Part shown: positions 1 to 12,174 of the stretch, one piece after another | Layout of the letters: the number at the start of each line of letters is the position of its first letter | Numbering within the stretch: the first letter of the stretch is position 1 | Assembly: GCF_036321535.1 (NCBI RefSeq) | Contig: NC_087437.1 | Span: 12,650,001 to 12,714,000, forward strand | Source of the DNA: Camelus dromedarius | Lineage: Eukaryota | Direction of reading: 5' to 3' | DNA: 64,000 bases | Position numbers and translations under genes: made by a program | The notes under the pieces: generated by a model | The model's database searches: none | Told to the model about the DNA's origin: nothing | The model's input: the letters and a program-made list of their open reading frames with translations, nothing else

Positions 1-149
1 GTGTCCACATGTGTCAGGGCCCAGACGCTGGCCTGGGACCCTCCCTGTCCAGTCTGCCTCCAGGGCCTGCAGAGGCCACGGCACAGAGCAGCCTCCTCAC
101 AGGTTAGTTGTCCTGAGACTAAAAAACACGCATAAACTTAGGGAAACTT

Positions 150-840
150 CATTCACTCACGAATTCATTAAAATGTTTTTGAGCCCTTACTGTGTGCCAG
201 GCACTGTTCTAGACACTGAGGACACAGCAATGACAAAGGAGACAGGAAGCAAATGGGAGAGTGGGTTGGGGGCTGAGGGCTGGCAGTGGAGCAGGTCTGG
301 ACTGTGGAGACAAGAAGCAAATGGGAGAGTGAGTTGGGGGCTGAGGGCTGGCAGTGGAGCAGGTCTGGAGTGCGGGGGGACAGGCAGTGCAAGGGTCTGC
401 AGAGTGGGGGCGGGGGGATCAGGCTTGACCAGACTGGAAGGATGGGGAGTGCGTCACGCAGGAGTCTGGGGCCAGAGCAGGCCCGGTGGAGGGGCCGTCA
501 GTGCAGAGACCCAGAGGTAGGGCCATGCTACCTCGTCCAGCGAGAGCAAGGGGGCCTGTGGAGCAGGGGGAGAGTTGGGGAGAGCCAGGGGGACATGATC
601 AGAGGGCAGGATGGCCTTGCAGGCCATTGAGAGAACATTGCCAGAGTGAGATGAGAAATTGGAGATTTTGATCAGCGCAGTGATTTGCTCAGACTTGTTT
701 GAAAAGGATCCCCTTATTCCTTTGGGAAAAGAGCAAACCATGAGGAGGCCAGCGTAGAATGAGGGAAAGCCCAGCAGGGGCTGTTCCTATAACCCAGGTA
801 GGAGGTGATGGTGGCTGTGAGTTGGGACCTCATCTCTAAG
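150..840 (-). mobile_element. L2 LINE fragment (degenerate)
   Basis: cattcactcac...ttgagcccttactgtgtgccaggcactgttctag matches the reverse complement of the L2 3' end; right boundary approximate. Confidence 0.6.
238..373 (+). repeat. Tandem duplication, 2 x 68 bp
   Basis: 238-305 and 306-373 differ at only a few positions. Confidence 0.9.
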
Positions 841-1349
841 TCTAGACAGTTCTTTCTGGGGAGAATGTGGAATGCTCAGACCTGTACCATCTCAGGCCCT
901 AACTGAACATTAGTCAGAATTCTTCCTGTTGCAGGTGATAGAAACCAAACTCGAATTGACTTGGGTGAAAAATTACATCCTGGTGTGGATCAGGCGTGGC
1001 CGGACCTGGCCCCTTGGTACCGTCAGGAAGGCTGCCGGTCTGACCCGACAGTGGTCTCGGCTTGCGTCTGAATTGGGTACATTAATTCATCAGGGTTGCA
1101 AAACAGTGAATCCTCCTCCTATCTTTATTTCGTTTATGAGCTGGAGTAATTGCATAGAGATTCCCTGCATCTGTTACTTGATAACCCAGGGATAAAATTT
1201 TGAGCATTTTTAAAAGATGAATCTGAGCTAAAAAGTCAACCCCCTCCGAGGCCTCCGGGTGAAGACTGAGTCGTCAGCCCACTTCAGTTCCCTGACTTCC
1301 GCCGGGCTTCCTGGCAGATACCCCTGACCGTGTTTCCTCTCCCTGTCAG

Positions 1350-1526
1350 AATTCCAGTGCTGACCATCGAGTCCGACTGGACCTGGGCCTCTGGGACAAA
1401 TTCAGCGAGCTGGCCACCAAGTGCATTATCAAGATCGTGGAGTTTGCTAAGCGTCTGCCAGGCTTCACCGGCTTGACCATCGCAGACCAGATCACCTTGC
1501 TGAAGGCCGCCTGCCTGGACATCCTG
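1350..1526 (+). CDS. RARB: Retinoic acid receptor beta, LBD exon (177 nt; [59 protein letters not shown])
   Basis: AG at 1348-1349, GT at 1527-1528, phase 0/0; translation matches RARB LBD N-terminal helices. Confidence 0.97.
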
Positions 1527-3114
1527 GTACGTGCCCCCTGCTCGCGTGGGTCGGGTGAGCGGGGAGGATGGGATGAGATGCTTTGAGACCAGAGGCTCTG
1601 CTTCCCCAGCCGCTCTTCCTGCCGCTGGTGGCCGAGGGCTCCCCGGAGCTGGTGTGGGAGTCCTCCGTGGCCCTGGGAAAGGGCCCAGCAGCCCTGCTGT
1701 TCTCCCACTGTGGCTTCCAGCACCCCAGAGGGGTGAGGGCCCCATCGCAGCCCAGCCTCCGCAGACCTCTGCCGGCTGCGTGCCCACCCCTCTCTCCCTG
1801 ATGTGGCCCCGGTGATGGGGTCATCGTGCTGGCTGGGCTGGCTTCCTTGCACAGGGGACGTTGGAGGTGGCAGGGGTGTGTCCTGCCTGGGAAGGTGTGT
1901 GCTTTTGGGCCTCTGGAGGAAGTGGGAGGGGAGGCTGGCCCCCACGGGTTCATCAGAGCGTAGGGAAAGCGGTTAGCTTTTGAGGTATTTTAAAAATAGA
2001 GATTTTTCTTTTTCTTATACATCTTTCATAGCTTTGGAATAAACAGTTCTGCAAAGCAAGTTCAGTTACCATAATCAGACACCCCACCCGCCCACAATCC
2101 CTCTCAGGAGGAGAGAGGACCCTGTGGGGGGCAGTTGTGCTGGCAGCTTGTCTGTCCACCCAGGAGTCGGGTCTGAGGAGAGTGATAGTGGTTACTCTGC
2201 GGTGTACAGGTGCCAGGGATCCTGACAGTCTGTGTGATGCGATTTCTTCTCATGAAATCAGAGGGGCTGGGATGAACCTAGGAGCAGGAAGAGTGGGACC
2301 TGAGAGCAGCATCCACCTGTCACACCCCCTCGCCCTGTAGCGTTTGCAAACCTCAGCTCGTTTGAGCCTCATGCGGCAAAGTGAGGTGGGGATGGAGACC
2401 CCACCTGCCTTACGGGAGGAGCTTGAGACCCGGTGAATCAGCTGAGTCTAAATGGTTCAGCTCTGAAGGCATGAGAGGCTGTGCAGACATGAGGTATTAG
2501 AAGCACAAGCAGGGGTGGCGTCGCAGGTATGGCCCTGGGGACGGAGCTTGCCCGGCCACCAGAGGTTAGATGCAACTTTGGCCCATCAGCCAGGATATTG
2601 ATGATGAGTTCTTGGAATCATTAACAACCAAGGACAGGTTTTTTGACACTTTCCTCACAAATGCTTAATGTGTGGCGCTGGGTAGGATTTCAACTAAGCC
2701 CCAGGACACCCCGACATGGAGTTCCGTGGTGAGGCGGAATGGCCACAGGGTGGCACGGGCCCTGTGGGACCCTGCCCCCTGCACCGCGTGGAGCCGTCCC
2801 GATGCGCCGGCTCTGGCCTCTGCTGGCTTCGTGGTCCCCTCTTGTCTGGTTGCCAGGCGGTGATTTGCAGTTCCCTCACCTGCTGCCCTTTGGGAGAGAA
2901 GGAGCGAGAAGAGGGATGCTTTGAGGTCGCCCCAGGGTCAGGGGGTCTTGTGTCCACAGCGGCAGGTGCTCAGTGCTCAGGGAGCTTAGGTGCCCTGGGG
3001 AGCCTCACCAGGCTCCCGCGGCCACAGTCCTGCATCCCACACGGACGCCCAAGCCGGCAGCCCTCCTCCCTTGGCTGTGGCCCACGAGCAGCCAGTGTTA
3101 GGTGGGTGGTGCAG

Positions 3115-3325
3115 AGGTGAAAGGGCCAGACTCCTGGGTTCAAACCCAGGTCTGCCCCTCACGAATAGCAAGACCTTCGGGAGGCTGGGGGCCGTCTCTG
3201 AGCCTCACTCACTGCCAGTGATGTGGGTGTGAGAGGGGCTCCTCCCCAGTCAGGTTGTGGGGAGAACTCATGGGGATAATGCGCCTGAAGCACTTAGCTC
3301 AGTACCCAGCACAGAGTCAGTACCC
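3115..3325 (+). mobile_element. MIR SINE
   Basis: ccagactcctgggttcaaaccc...ctctgagcctca...gcacttagctcagtacccagcacag follows the MIR core. Confidence 0.7.
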
Positions 3326-3332
3326 TTTACTG

Positions 3333-3431
3333 CCGTCCTCCACCTCCTCCTGCTCCTCCTCTATTCCTCTTCTTCCTGCTCATCCTCCTCCTCCTCATCC
3401 TCCCCCTCGTCGTCCTTCTCCTCGTCCTCCT
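3333..3431 (+). repeat. Imperfect (CCT)n polypyrimidine tract
   Basis: Directly visible. Confidence 0.9.
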
Positions 3432-3514
3432 GGCCGGGAGCCCGGAGCGTCTCCGGGAGCTGTCCGTGTATGTGCGTGTGGCCCCCCCACGCCCACACGT
3501 GTGCCGTCCAGAGC

Positions 3515-3745
3515 TGTGCTGCCCAGGACAGTGGCCTCCTGCCTCCTGAAATGTGGCTGGTGTGAGCACCGTGCTTGTGCAGGAAATACTCGATTTCAGA
3601 GACTTAGCGTTTAATCATGTAAAGTATCTCCTTAACGATTCTTTATGTTGGTTCCATGTTGAAACAGTATTTTGGATCTATTAGGTTAAATTAAATAGAT
3701 TATTAAATTTAATTTCACATATTTCTCCTAACATTTTAAATAACG
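3515..3745. mobile_element. MER33-like hAT-Charlie MITE
   Basis: tgaaatgtggct...gatttcagagacttag...attttggatctattaggttaaat...aatttcac resembles MER33 by recall. Confidence 0.6.
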
Positions 3746-4674
3746 ACTCCCTGAGCCCTGGTTTCAGAGGCAGCGCAGCGAGAAGAGACTTGCGCTCCCA
3801 GCACACGCCTCCTCCTCAGGAACAGGAGACTGCGAGCAGGTCCCGTAGGGGCAACGCTGTGTCCCATGAGCGCCCACACGAGGCCCCATGTGCTGCGGAG
3901 GGAGACGGCCGGGCAGAGCTCTGTGCTGCTGTGTCATCACCACCACCCAGCGTTCCCATAGCACAGGAGGATAAATAGGAAAATCAGATCAGGGTCTGCC
4001 CCCCAGACTCAAATACTATGAGTACAGAGACTGAGATGGGTGAGCAGTTGGAGCTTTCTCCTTTGCCAAAAACTTAGAAATCCCTGAACTTCCTAAACCC
4101 CCTTCAGGGGATTACAAGGTGGGAGAGAGTCAGATGAGGGAATCCATTTCGTTAATAAGTGGGTAAATATTCATCAGTCACCTGCTGTGTGGACAACACT
4201 GCCCTAGATGGCAAGGAAATGGCAAGGAGCAAGACAGGTGAAGAGCAGTCTCCTTGTAGAAGCGTGTCTTCTGGAGGGTGATGAGTTGGGAGGCTCAGAG
4301 CACCAGCCTGCGAGGAGAGTAAAGTAGGGTACTGGGTGGCACTTGGGAGTACTACACAGTGGTGAAAAAGACCCCTGCTCCCCACGCCAGCAGGGGGTAT
4401 CTCCCGGCCGAGATACGGAGTGAAGAGAAGCCAGACAGTGCTGTGTGACTCCACTGACCTGCAGTTCAGAAACAGGCAGAATGAGGCCATAGAAACAGAG
4501 GTCAAAGTGATGGAATGATGGAGCCTTTGGGAGGAGGTTTGATTGGGAAGGGCCCAGGGAGCCTGTAGGCGCTAGGACTGTTTGTGCCTTGATCTTGGGG
4601 AGCTCACGCAGGCCCATGCTTGGGGTACACACAGCTGTGTGTGCACTTGAGGTGGGTGTATGGCCCATGTATGT

Positions 4675-5181
4675 TGCATTAGTTATCTGCCGCTGCGTAA
4701 CAGGCTGCCTCGAAACTTAGCGGCTTGAGATAATACGTGTTATGTCACAGCCCCTTTTGGTCAGGAACTCACAGAGCCAGGTGGTTCTGCGTCTGGGGCT
4801 CTCATGAGGCTTCCTTGAGGATGTCAGCAGAGCAGCCTCAGCTGAAGGCCCGACCGGGGCTGGACAGGCTGCCCACAGGATGATGCCTCACGTCTGCTGT
4901 TGACCGCAGGGCTGGGCTTCTTGCCACAGGGCCTCCCCAGGGGGCTGCATGAGCGTCCTCATGCCACGTCACCTGGCTTCCCCAGAGTAAAGAGATGGGA
5001 GAGTGGGCGAGGAGCGGCCGCCACCCCTCCCACGGCCTCATCACCAGCTGTCACTTCCCTGCATCCCATCATTGGAGTCAAGGCAGTGGCTCCAGCCACA
5101 CTCGCAGGGAGGGGAATGAAGCTTTGCTCCTCAGAGTGGGTAGGAGCAAAGAATTTGGGGGCATGTTTGAAAACCACCACA
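4675..5181 (-). mobile_element. MLT1 (ERVL-MaLR) solo LTR
   Basis: Termini tgcattagttatctg..gctgcgtaaca and aaaccaccaca; internal aacttagcggctt, ggtcaggaa. Confidence 0.7.
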
Positions 5182-6299
5182 CATGTTACACCTCAATGTT
5201 TAAACATTTATTTCATATTTCAAAAAAATAGGGGGATGTGATATAAAATAATGGTTTTGGGGGAAGTGTGTTCCCTGTGCTCTCTGAGGAGGTGACATTG
5301 AGCTGAGCCTTGACTAGACGAGTCAGGCACGTGAAGATCAGTGGATAAGTGTGAAATGCAGAGGGAACAGCACAAAACAGTGCAAAGGCTCTGCTGCAAG
5401 GCTCAGAGAGGAAAGCGTGGGGCAGACATTAACAAGCAGGGCGGAGGGGCAGCTGAAGGCAGCGGGGCTGCAGGAAGAGGCCGGAGTCTGTGGGTCTGAA
5501 GAGGTCCGGAAACCATTGGTTGGGGGTGTTGGCGAGGGGGAGATGGCTCTGATGACTGTGTCGAGCAGCGGCTCTGGCTGCGGGGCTGGACTGGAGACAC
5601 AGGACGGTTCCGAGGCCCTGGCCGCGGAGGGGCAGAGGTGGCTTGGGTTGGGGCAGTCACTAAGGGGACAAGCAGAAGTGGACGAGGGGCTCTCCGTCTC
5701 TGGGTCTCACATACTCAGCCCTTCCCTGGCCCCTGCTCCTCGGCCGCAGCAGGCAGTGGATGGCATTCGGTGTCCTTGAGGGGGACAGGGTTCTCCCTGC
5801 CCCGGGGAGGGTCGGTTTTGCCCATGAACGAGCTCTGTGTTGTCGCCTGGCCCCTCCTTTGTGCGCTGGCCCTGCCAGGGCTATTTTTACCCACCTCGTG
5901 GGGCCGGCGTGCTCCTCTGTTCAGATAAAACAGCCTCCTTTCAAACAAAGGGCGCTTTATCCTGGAGAAGCTTGGTGGTTTTCCTGGCATTTGACTTTAG
6001 TGTGACAAGATGCAGCTCCTGGGTTTGTGTCCAGGGCTGCCTGGCCCAGCCCAGGGCGACAGGGAGTGGGGCAGGGGCTCCTCCGTCCCGGCCACCCGCC
6101 CTCCTCTCTGGATGGCCCGTTTACACTTGGTTTTGGTTTTGAACTTTCTAGGGAGAGAGGCAACAGGACATAGTTCAAATGCTTCATCAGCATCCAAATG
6201 CTGTCCCGCTTCTGAGGAGGAAACCCCTTCAGAGTGGAATAGTCTGAAAGCCGTTTTGTGAGCTGCCGTTTGGACCGGGTTTCTCAGTGAGCCACTGAC

Positions 6300-7350
6300 G
6301 GCTCGCAGGCCTATGGTCGGCCATCGGCCAGACCGGAGCTGTTCCTCTGTGTTGGTGCTGGGGTGCGCTGACACTCAGCTTCTCCCCTCAGGTGTCTTCT
6401 GGCCAAGAGGACACTGGAGTCAGGCTTTTTGTTCCACAGATGCCCTCGCCCCGCAGGGCAGCCTGGTGCTTTCGCCCGAGCCCAGGCTGCGTGTAGGAGC
6501 AGGGCCGGCTCCAGGCCGGCTCCGGGCCGGCTCATAGCTGGCTTCCCAGAGGGCCCGAGCAAGGACACCGGAGCACGGGATCTTTGTGGGACAACAGCAC
6601 TGCCTCCTGGTTCGTGAGGGCCAGTGGCTGAGGCTCTTGTGTGCGCACCGCCAAGCAGAGGGGACGGTCTTCCCCACCAGACGTGTCCTGGCCCCAAACC
6701 CCCAGCACTTCCCTGACAAGGGGCAGGATTTGACCGAAGTTCTCTTAGTGGCCCTGCTGGGAGCCGGGGGAGGGGGGCGTCTGTCCCTCCCCCAGGGCCC
6801 ACCCTCCGCACGCGGTGGCGGGACCGGAAGGCGCGGACCCTTCGGTCAGTGTCGGCCTCCGGGCTGACTCCGAGGTGGAGCGTCTTGGAGACGACAGCCC
6901 GTCACACGTCTGGAAGGTGCTCTCAGCTCCCTCAGCCTGCCGGGCTGGTCACCTTTCTCCAGGCGGGATTACTTTCTCGCTGGGTCAAGTGTGGAGACTC
7001 GGCTGGCGGGAGGCCCTTCCCGGTCATCGGTGCAGAGCTAGGGTCCCGGGCGGACAGGAGCCGCGGAGCCCCTCACCGGCGGGGTGCTGACAGGGCCGCG
7101 GGGGGACCACGGGCAGCAGCAGGGCTGCAGACCAAGGGCGTGCCAGGCGGGGTTGGGAGGCTGCGGCACGAGACCCAGGCTGCTTTTCTAGAGCAGTCCC
7201 ACCCAGGCTTCTTGGCTTAGCTGAGGTGTCACCTCTTGTCCGTGGATCTGCCCTGGGTTTCCTGCCGGCTGTGCCGTAGTGTCCCCTCTTCCACGCACTG
7301 GCGCCCTGCTCATTCCTCTCTTGCCCCGTGGATCGTAGTCCTCTGTGGAC
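6300..7350. promoter_or_regulatory. Intronic CpG-island-like GC-rich segment in RARB intron
   Basis: Dense CpGs and very high GC by eye; function unknown. Confidence 0.45.
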
Positions 7351-7371
7351 CCGTCGAATCAGAGACATCAC

Positions 7372-7565
7372 AAGTCAGGGAGCCTGACTTGGGAGGAGTC
7401 AGATTCAGCCATGTCTTAATTGTGTGACCCTGGGTACATGGCTTAACCTTTCTGAGCCTAATCTGTAAGATGAGAATCCTGTTGGCCCCACCGAGTTATT
7501 GGGAAGGCGAATGGAGAGCATGTGAACACTCAGTATACACTGGACATTTAATAAATGGTAAATAT
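7372..7565 (+). mobile_element. MIR SINE
   Basis: tgtgtgaccctgggtacatggcttaacctttctgagccta-atctgtaagatgag core. Confidence 0.7.
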
Positions 7566-7635
7566 TGGTCTTTCTTTTTGGTAGACTGTAAACTCTTGAA
7601 AAAAAAAAAAAAAGAATCTTTTTCCTCTTTTTCTC

Positions 7636-7705
7636 CCCAGCACCTGGCACAGTGCCTGAGACATAAGTAGGTACTCAGTAAATGTTTATTTGAGTCAGAT
7701 GAATT
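7636..7705 (+). mobile_element. L2 3' end
   Basis: cccagcacctggcacagtgcctgagacataagtaggtactcagtaaatgttt. Confidence 0.65.
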
Positions 7706-7964
7706 ACTTTTAGTATAAACAGATACTTCTCAAAATTTCTTGCATCCTATTTATTATTCCCTAAATAGCTTTAGCCCGGGTTTTGACTTCTGTGGTCTTT
7801 TGAAGGAAGAGCTGGGGGGACATTCACATCCAAAGAGGGGTGAGCGGCTCTGGTGCTGCAGGAGCTCCCAGGAAATCTCCACGTGATCTCCTGCCCTGAT
7901 CTCATGGAGGCTGTCAGGGCAGGCTCGCTCTGATGCCCCATCAGACGTGGTTGTCTTCTTCCAG

Positions 7965-8169
7965 ATTCTCAGAATCTGCACCAGGTACACCCCAGAACAA
8001 GACACCATGACATTTTCGGATGGCCTGACCCTGAATCGAACCCAGATGCACAACGCCGGCTTCGGCCCTCTGACTGACCTCGTGTTCACCTTCGCCAGCC
8101 AGCTCCTGCCTCTGGAGATGGATGACACTGAGACGGGCCTTCTCAGCGCCATCTGCTTGATCTGTGGAG
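7965..8169 (+). CDS. RARB: RARB LBD exon (205 nt; [20 protein letters not shown]...[11 protein letters not shown])
   Basis: ttcttccag acceptor, GT at 8170; within ORF 7947..8207. Confidence 0.97.
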
Positions 8170-8994
8170 GTACCCAGCACCCAGAAAACCCTCACGAGAT
8201 TTCCTGAAGAACAGCTTACATTTGTAATTTATGGGAAATTCCTCATCTCCAGTTTGGAGTTATTTTGCATGGAAAAAGACATGTGAACAAAGCCAGGCAT
8301 GCATGCTTAGAGTTTGTTGCATTCTTCAATATTTTTTATAAAATTAAAGGTATTCGGGGTCTTTCTGTTCTGCAATACCAAAATGTTATTTCTCCAGTTG
8401 CCACAGGTATTTTTTGTTAAGGTAGGATCAGATTGTTGTTAAATAAATTGCCTAGGGACATTTTAAGGAAGCACCAAGGAACTTGCCTGTGCTGTTTGCT
8501 AGTTTAGTGGCTGGGACTACAAGTCCTTGTGCTGGCCCTATACCAACCTTTGGAAGACTGGGATAAACAGGGCTTTCTTCTCTGTAGTGACCCCTGCTGG
8601 CTCAGGGGAGGCTGAATCGTAAGTGATTAAAGAGTAACCAGCTTTAATTAGGGGACTGATTCACCTTGCCTTTTTAACCATCCTGCTCAAGGTTTCTAAT
8701 TCAGTTCAGTAGTGACACCTCCTGGTCATGAGAAGTAATTCTCTGCTGGGGACGAAAGCAACCAGCCATCAAAATGTGGTTTTGATCAACAAGGACAATC
8801 ATTTTCAAGTATCATTGCCTGAAGCAGTTGCAGTGTCCTCAGATTTGTTTGTGTGATTGAATCATCAAATTAATAAAGTTATGACACAGCGGAAGCAGGA
8901 AGAGAGGAAATGGGCGGAAATTCTCTAGCCTGCAAAGTGCATAACTCTTTCTGTCCTGATACTGATTGCTTAATGCTTAATTCCTGGTATCTAG

Positions 8995-9153
8995 ACCGCC
9001 AGGACCTTGAGGAACCAACAAAAGTCGATAAGCTACAAGAACCATTGCTGGAAGCACTAAAAATTTATATCAGAAAGAGACGACCCAGCAAGCCTCATAT
9101 GTTTCCAAAGATCTTAATGAAAATCACGGATCTCCGCAGCATCAGTGCTAAAG
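8995..9153 (+). CDS. RARB: RARB LBD exon (159 nt; [53 protein letters not shown])
   Basis: AG 8993-8994, GT 9154-9155; phase matches neighbours. Confidence 0.97.
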
Positions 9154-10099
9154 GTACGTCCCTGTCCGCCGTGCTCGCCCGCCAGGTGAGCTCAGTCCCC
9201 ACCACGTTGCACTGCTTTTTTCAAACCCCGTGTTTTAATTCAGGATGTTTGATAAGACTGCTTTTTTACTATTTTGGAATTCATTTCTCATTGAAATCAA
9301 AAGCAATGAAAATAGTACCTACCCTTAAAAAAAAGAAAAACTCAAATCTTACCCTACCCCAGTGATCTTAACAGATTATAGAGCTTTAAAATTCAGATGA
9401 CTTAAGCGAATGATTAGAAAAACTGTGTCCAAGAGAACGTACAATATGGCAGGCTTCTCAGTTTCCTAGTTTTCCACACATTCCATTTCATTCCAGCTTT
9501 CCACACATGCTCTGGTTTGTGTAGACATGATTCCAGTTTTTCCTGAACAGCCAAACCTCAAGAACGATGAGCGGCGCTTAGGCTGTCACGGGTCACGCGG
9601 CCCTGTCCCTCAGCCTGGCCGCGGCGCCCCCGCGCGTAGGCAGGGGCACCTCTGCACGCCCCTAGGCAGAGACGCTCTCGCCTTCCGGAGAGGTGGAACT
9701 GTTTCTGCCTAGTGATTTCCAGGTTACAGGCACCTGGAGCAGTTACAGAAGCGCCTGGAGCCCTGTGACAGCTGCGTGTTGGAGCGGGGTTTCCCTACCA
9801 GAGAGAAAGCTCGGCAGCCGCCCCGGGCACCAGACCTGCTGCTTGTCACTCCCCTTCCCGCTGCGCGCACTCTGTCTCTGAAGACCCTGGTGAGCCAAGG
9901 AACAAACTCCATTTCAGAAAGTGCTTAGAAGCACCATAAACCTGCTTGACAGGGAGTTTCAATTCTTGAGCTCCTTCTTAGAGGTTTCTTAAGTGAGACA
10001 CCGAGTTCATCCCTGGCATGGAACTCAGTGTAGAAGAAACCAGTGCTTGACCACTGTAATTTTGACGTCTTTGATTTTAAAACAGTGAGGTCGTGAACG

Positions 10100-10277
10100 A
10101 ACACTGCCGCTCCCTGTATCTGTAACCCGCGTCGTCCACTAGCACTCGGGGCACTCAAGCACCTGAAATGTGGCTAATGCAATTGAGACACTGGTTTCCT
10201 AATTGTATTTAACTTAATGGATTTAAGTTTGAACAGCCACACATAACTAGCGGCTGCCCTGTGGGGCAGTGCACTGC
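10100..10277. mobile_element. MER3/MER33-like hAT MITE
   Basis: agcacctgaaatgtggctaatgcaattgag...aacagccacacataactagcggct. Confidence 0.6.
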
Positions 10278-10667
10278 TCTGTCGCTGACCATCACCACAC
10301 ACTTATTACTCAAGTCACTTCCTCCGTTTGTGGGTCACTGGAACCCTCTCAGCGGGCTCATTTCCAAGATACACTGTTTTTGGTCTTTTATCAGGAACTT
10401 CTTTGTAAATTATGTCAAGTAAATATATACTGATACTGCTTTCTAACACCGACTGAGGCATAGAATGATCAAATGTAAGCATGTCATCACGTCGCTGCTG
10501 CTTTTTCTACAGATGAAGTGGAAACGTGTTCATGCTGTGCGATTAGGGTGGCCTCCGGGCGGCACTGGTAGCACCGTTCTCCCCCTTGTTAAAGGACACG
10601 AAAGTTGGCCCCAGTGTTCACCCTAACTCCTTATCTCTAGCAGATTTCTATTATCTCTTTTTAAAAG

Positions 10668-10864
10668 GTGCAGAACGTGTAATTACCTTGAAAATGGAAA
10701 TCCCCGGATCGATGCCACCTCTCATTCAGGAAATGCTGGAGAATTCTGAAGGACATGAACCCTTGACCCCCAGTTCAAGTGGGAACACGGCAGAGCACAG
10801 TCCCAGCGTGTCACCCAGCTCGGTGGACAACAGCGGTGTCAGTCAGTCACCACTGGTGCAATAG
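10668..10864 (+). CDS. RARB: RARB last coding exon ([27 protein letters not shown]...QSPLVQ*), AF-2 helix and F domain
   Basis: AG 10666-10667; stop TAG 10862-10864. Confidence 0.97.
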
Positions 10865-12113
10865 GACACTCTCCCGCTACTTCAGACATTCCCCAGTACC
10901 TTCACATCGGGATTTAAAATGCAAGAAGAAACATTTTTACTGCTGCTTAGTTTTTGGACTGAAAATATATCGAAACTCAAGAAGGACCAAGAAGTTTTCA
11001 TATGTATCAGTATATACCCCTCACTGTCTAACTTACCTAGAAATACAAACTTTTTAAATTCTAAAAATCAGCCATTTCATGCAACCCAAAACTAGTTACA
11101 AGCTTCTGTTTTCCTCTTTGAACACTCAAGATTGCATGGCAAAGACCCAGTCAAAATGATTTACCCCTGGTTAAGTTTCTGAAGACTCTGTACATACAGA
11201 AGTTGGCTCTGTTCTCTCTCTCCTGTATGTCTGGTGCTCTCCTGTCTTGCTTACTCCCCGTAACTGAGACGCCAAGGTTATGAAACCGATTACTGTACGT
11301 GTCCATTAAGACAGGTTCAAAAAGATAACCGTCTTGCTTTCACAGAATAATCAAGACCTCGAGGTAAGGAGACGGGACTGTTGTACAGTGTGACAAGGTA
11401 AGGCTAAAGATGCTCTAATTTAGTTAGTGTAGAGGCTTGTCCTTGCTCTTTCTGATGCTCTCAGACTGCATCTTTTTATTTCTTGTTGCCCAGTAAAAGT
11501 ACACAAATTCGCTGCACTAGCAGAAGAGAATTCTGTATCAGTGTAACTGCCAGTTCAGTTAATCAAATGTCATTTGTTCAATTAATGTCACTTTAAATTA
11601 AAAGTGGTTTATTACTTGTTTAATGACATAACTACACAATTTTTTTAAAAAAGATCCCTTTTTACAGTAATGATAGCCTCCAAGGCGGAAACACTTTCCA
11701 GTGTTAATAAGCTGTTGTTTACCTGTTCACAAGCCATTAGGGCGGTGTCACGGGCTCACCGACAGGCTGGGCCACCACCTGCACCATGGGGCTCGCGTAG
11801 CCTTGCAGATTCCTGCTTAATATCGGTTTGTTTTATTTTCCATTAAGTCCCAAAGACATGGGCAGAGACTCTGTGTCCTCTGGCCTTGTTCAATCACTAT
11901 GAAACAGAATGGAAGCTGGGGTAGAGTGGTTAACAGATACCAGTGTCAGTTTCTTAGTTCTCATTTAAGCACTAGTGGGATTTTTTTTTTTTTTTTGATA
12001 TATTAGCAAGTCTGTGATGTACTTTCACTGGCTGTTTGTACATTGAGATTGTTTAACAATGCTTTCTATGTTCATATACTGTTTACCTTTTTCCATGGAG
12101 TCTCCTGGCAAAG

Positions 12114-12119
12114 AATAAA
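12114..12119 (+). terminator. RARB polyadenylation signal AATAAA
   Basis: Canonical hexamer about 1.25 kb after the stop. Confidence 0.8.
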
Positions 12120-12124
12120 ATATA

Positions 12125-12130
12125 TTTATT
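12125..12130 (-). terminator. Candidate distal TOP2B poly(A) signal (AATAAA on minus strand)
   Basis: TTTATT on plus strand. Confidence 0.5.
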
Positions 12131-12174
12131 TTAAAGGTGTATGGGAGCTTTTACTACTGTCATCGTGAGTAAAG

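Larger units (their letters stand above)
10865..12140 (+). other. RARB: RARB 3' UTR
   Basis: Follows stop codon; ends shortly after AATAAA at 12114-12119; cleavage position approximate. Confidence 0.8.

Noticed and set aside
11..7430. Many 60-199 aa ORFs on both strands (e.g. 1346..1945 minus)
   Set aside because: Expected from stop-codon scarcity in GC-rich DNA; low complexity, overlapping repeats or antisense to a RARB exon; no recognisable domains
1..12000. DR5/DR2 retinoic acid response element in RARB introns
   Set aside because: Only isolated RGKTCA half-sites noticed; the known RARE lies at the promoter, outside the window
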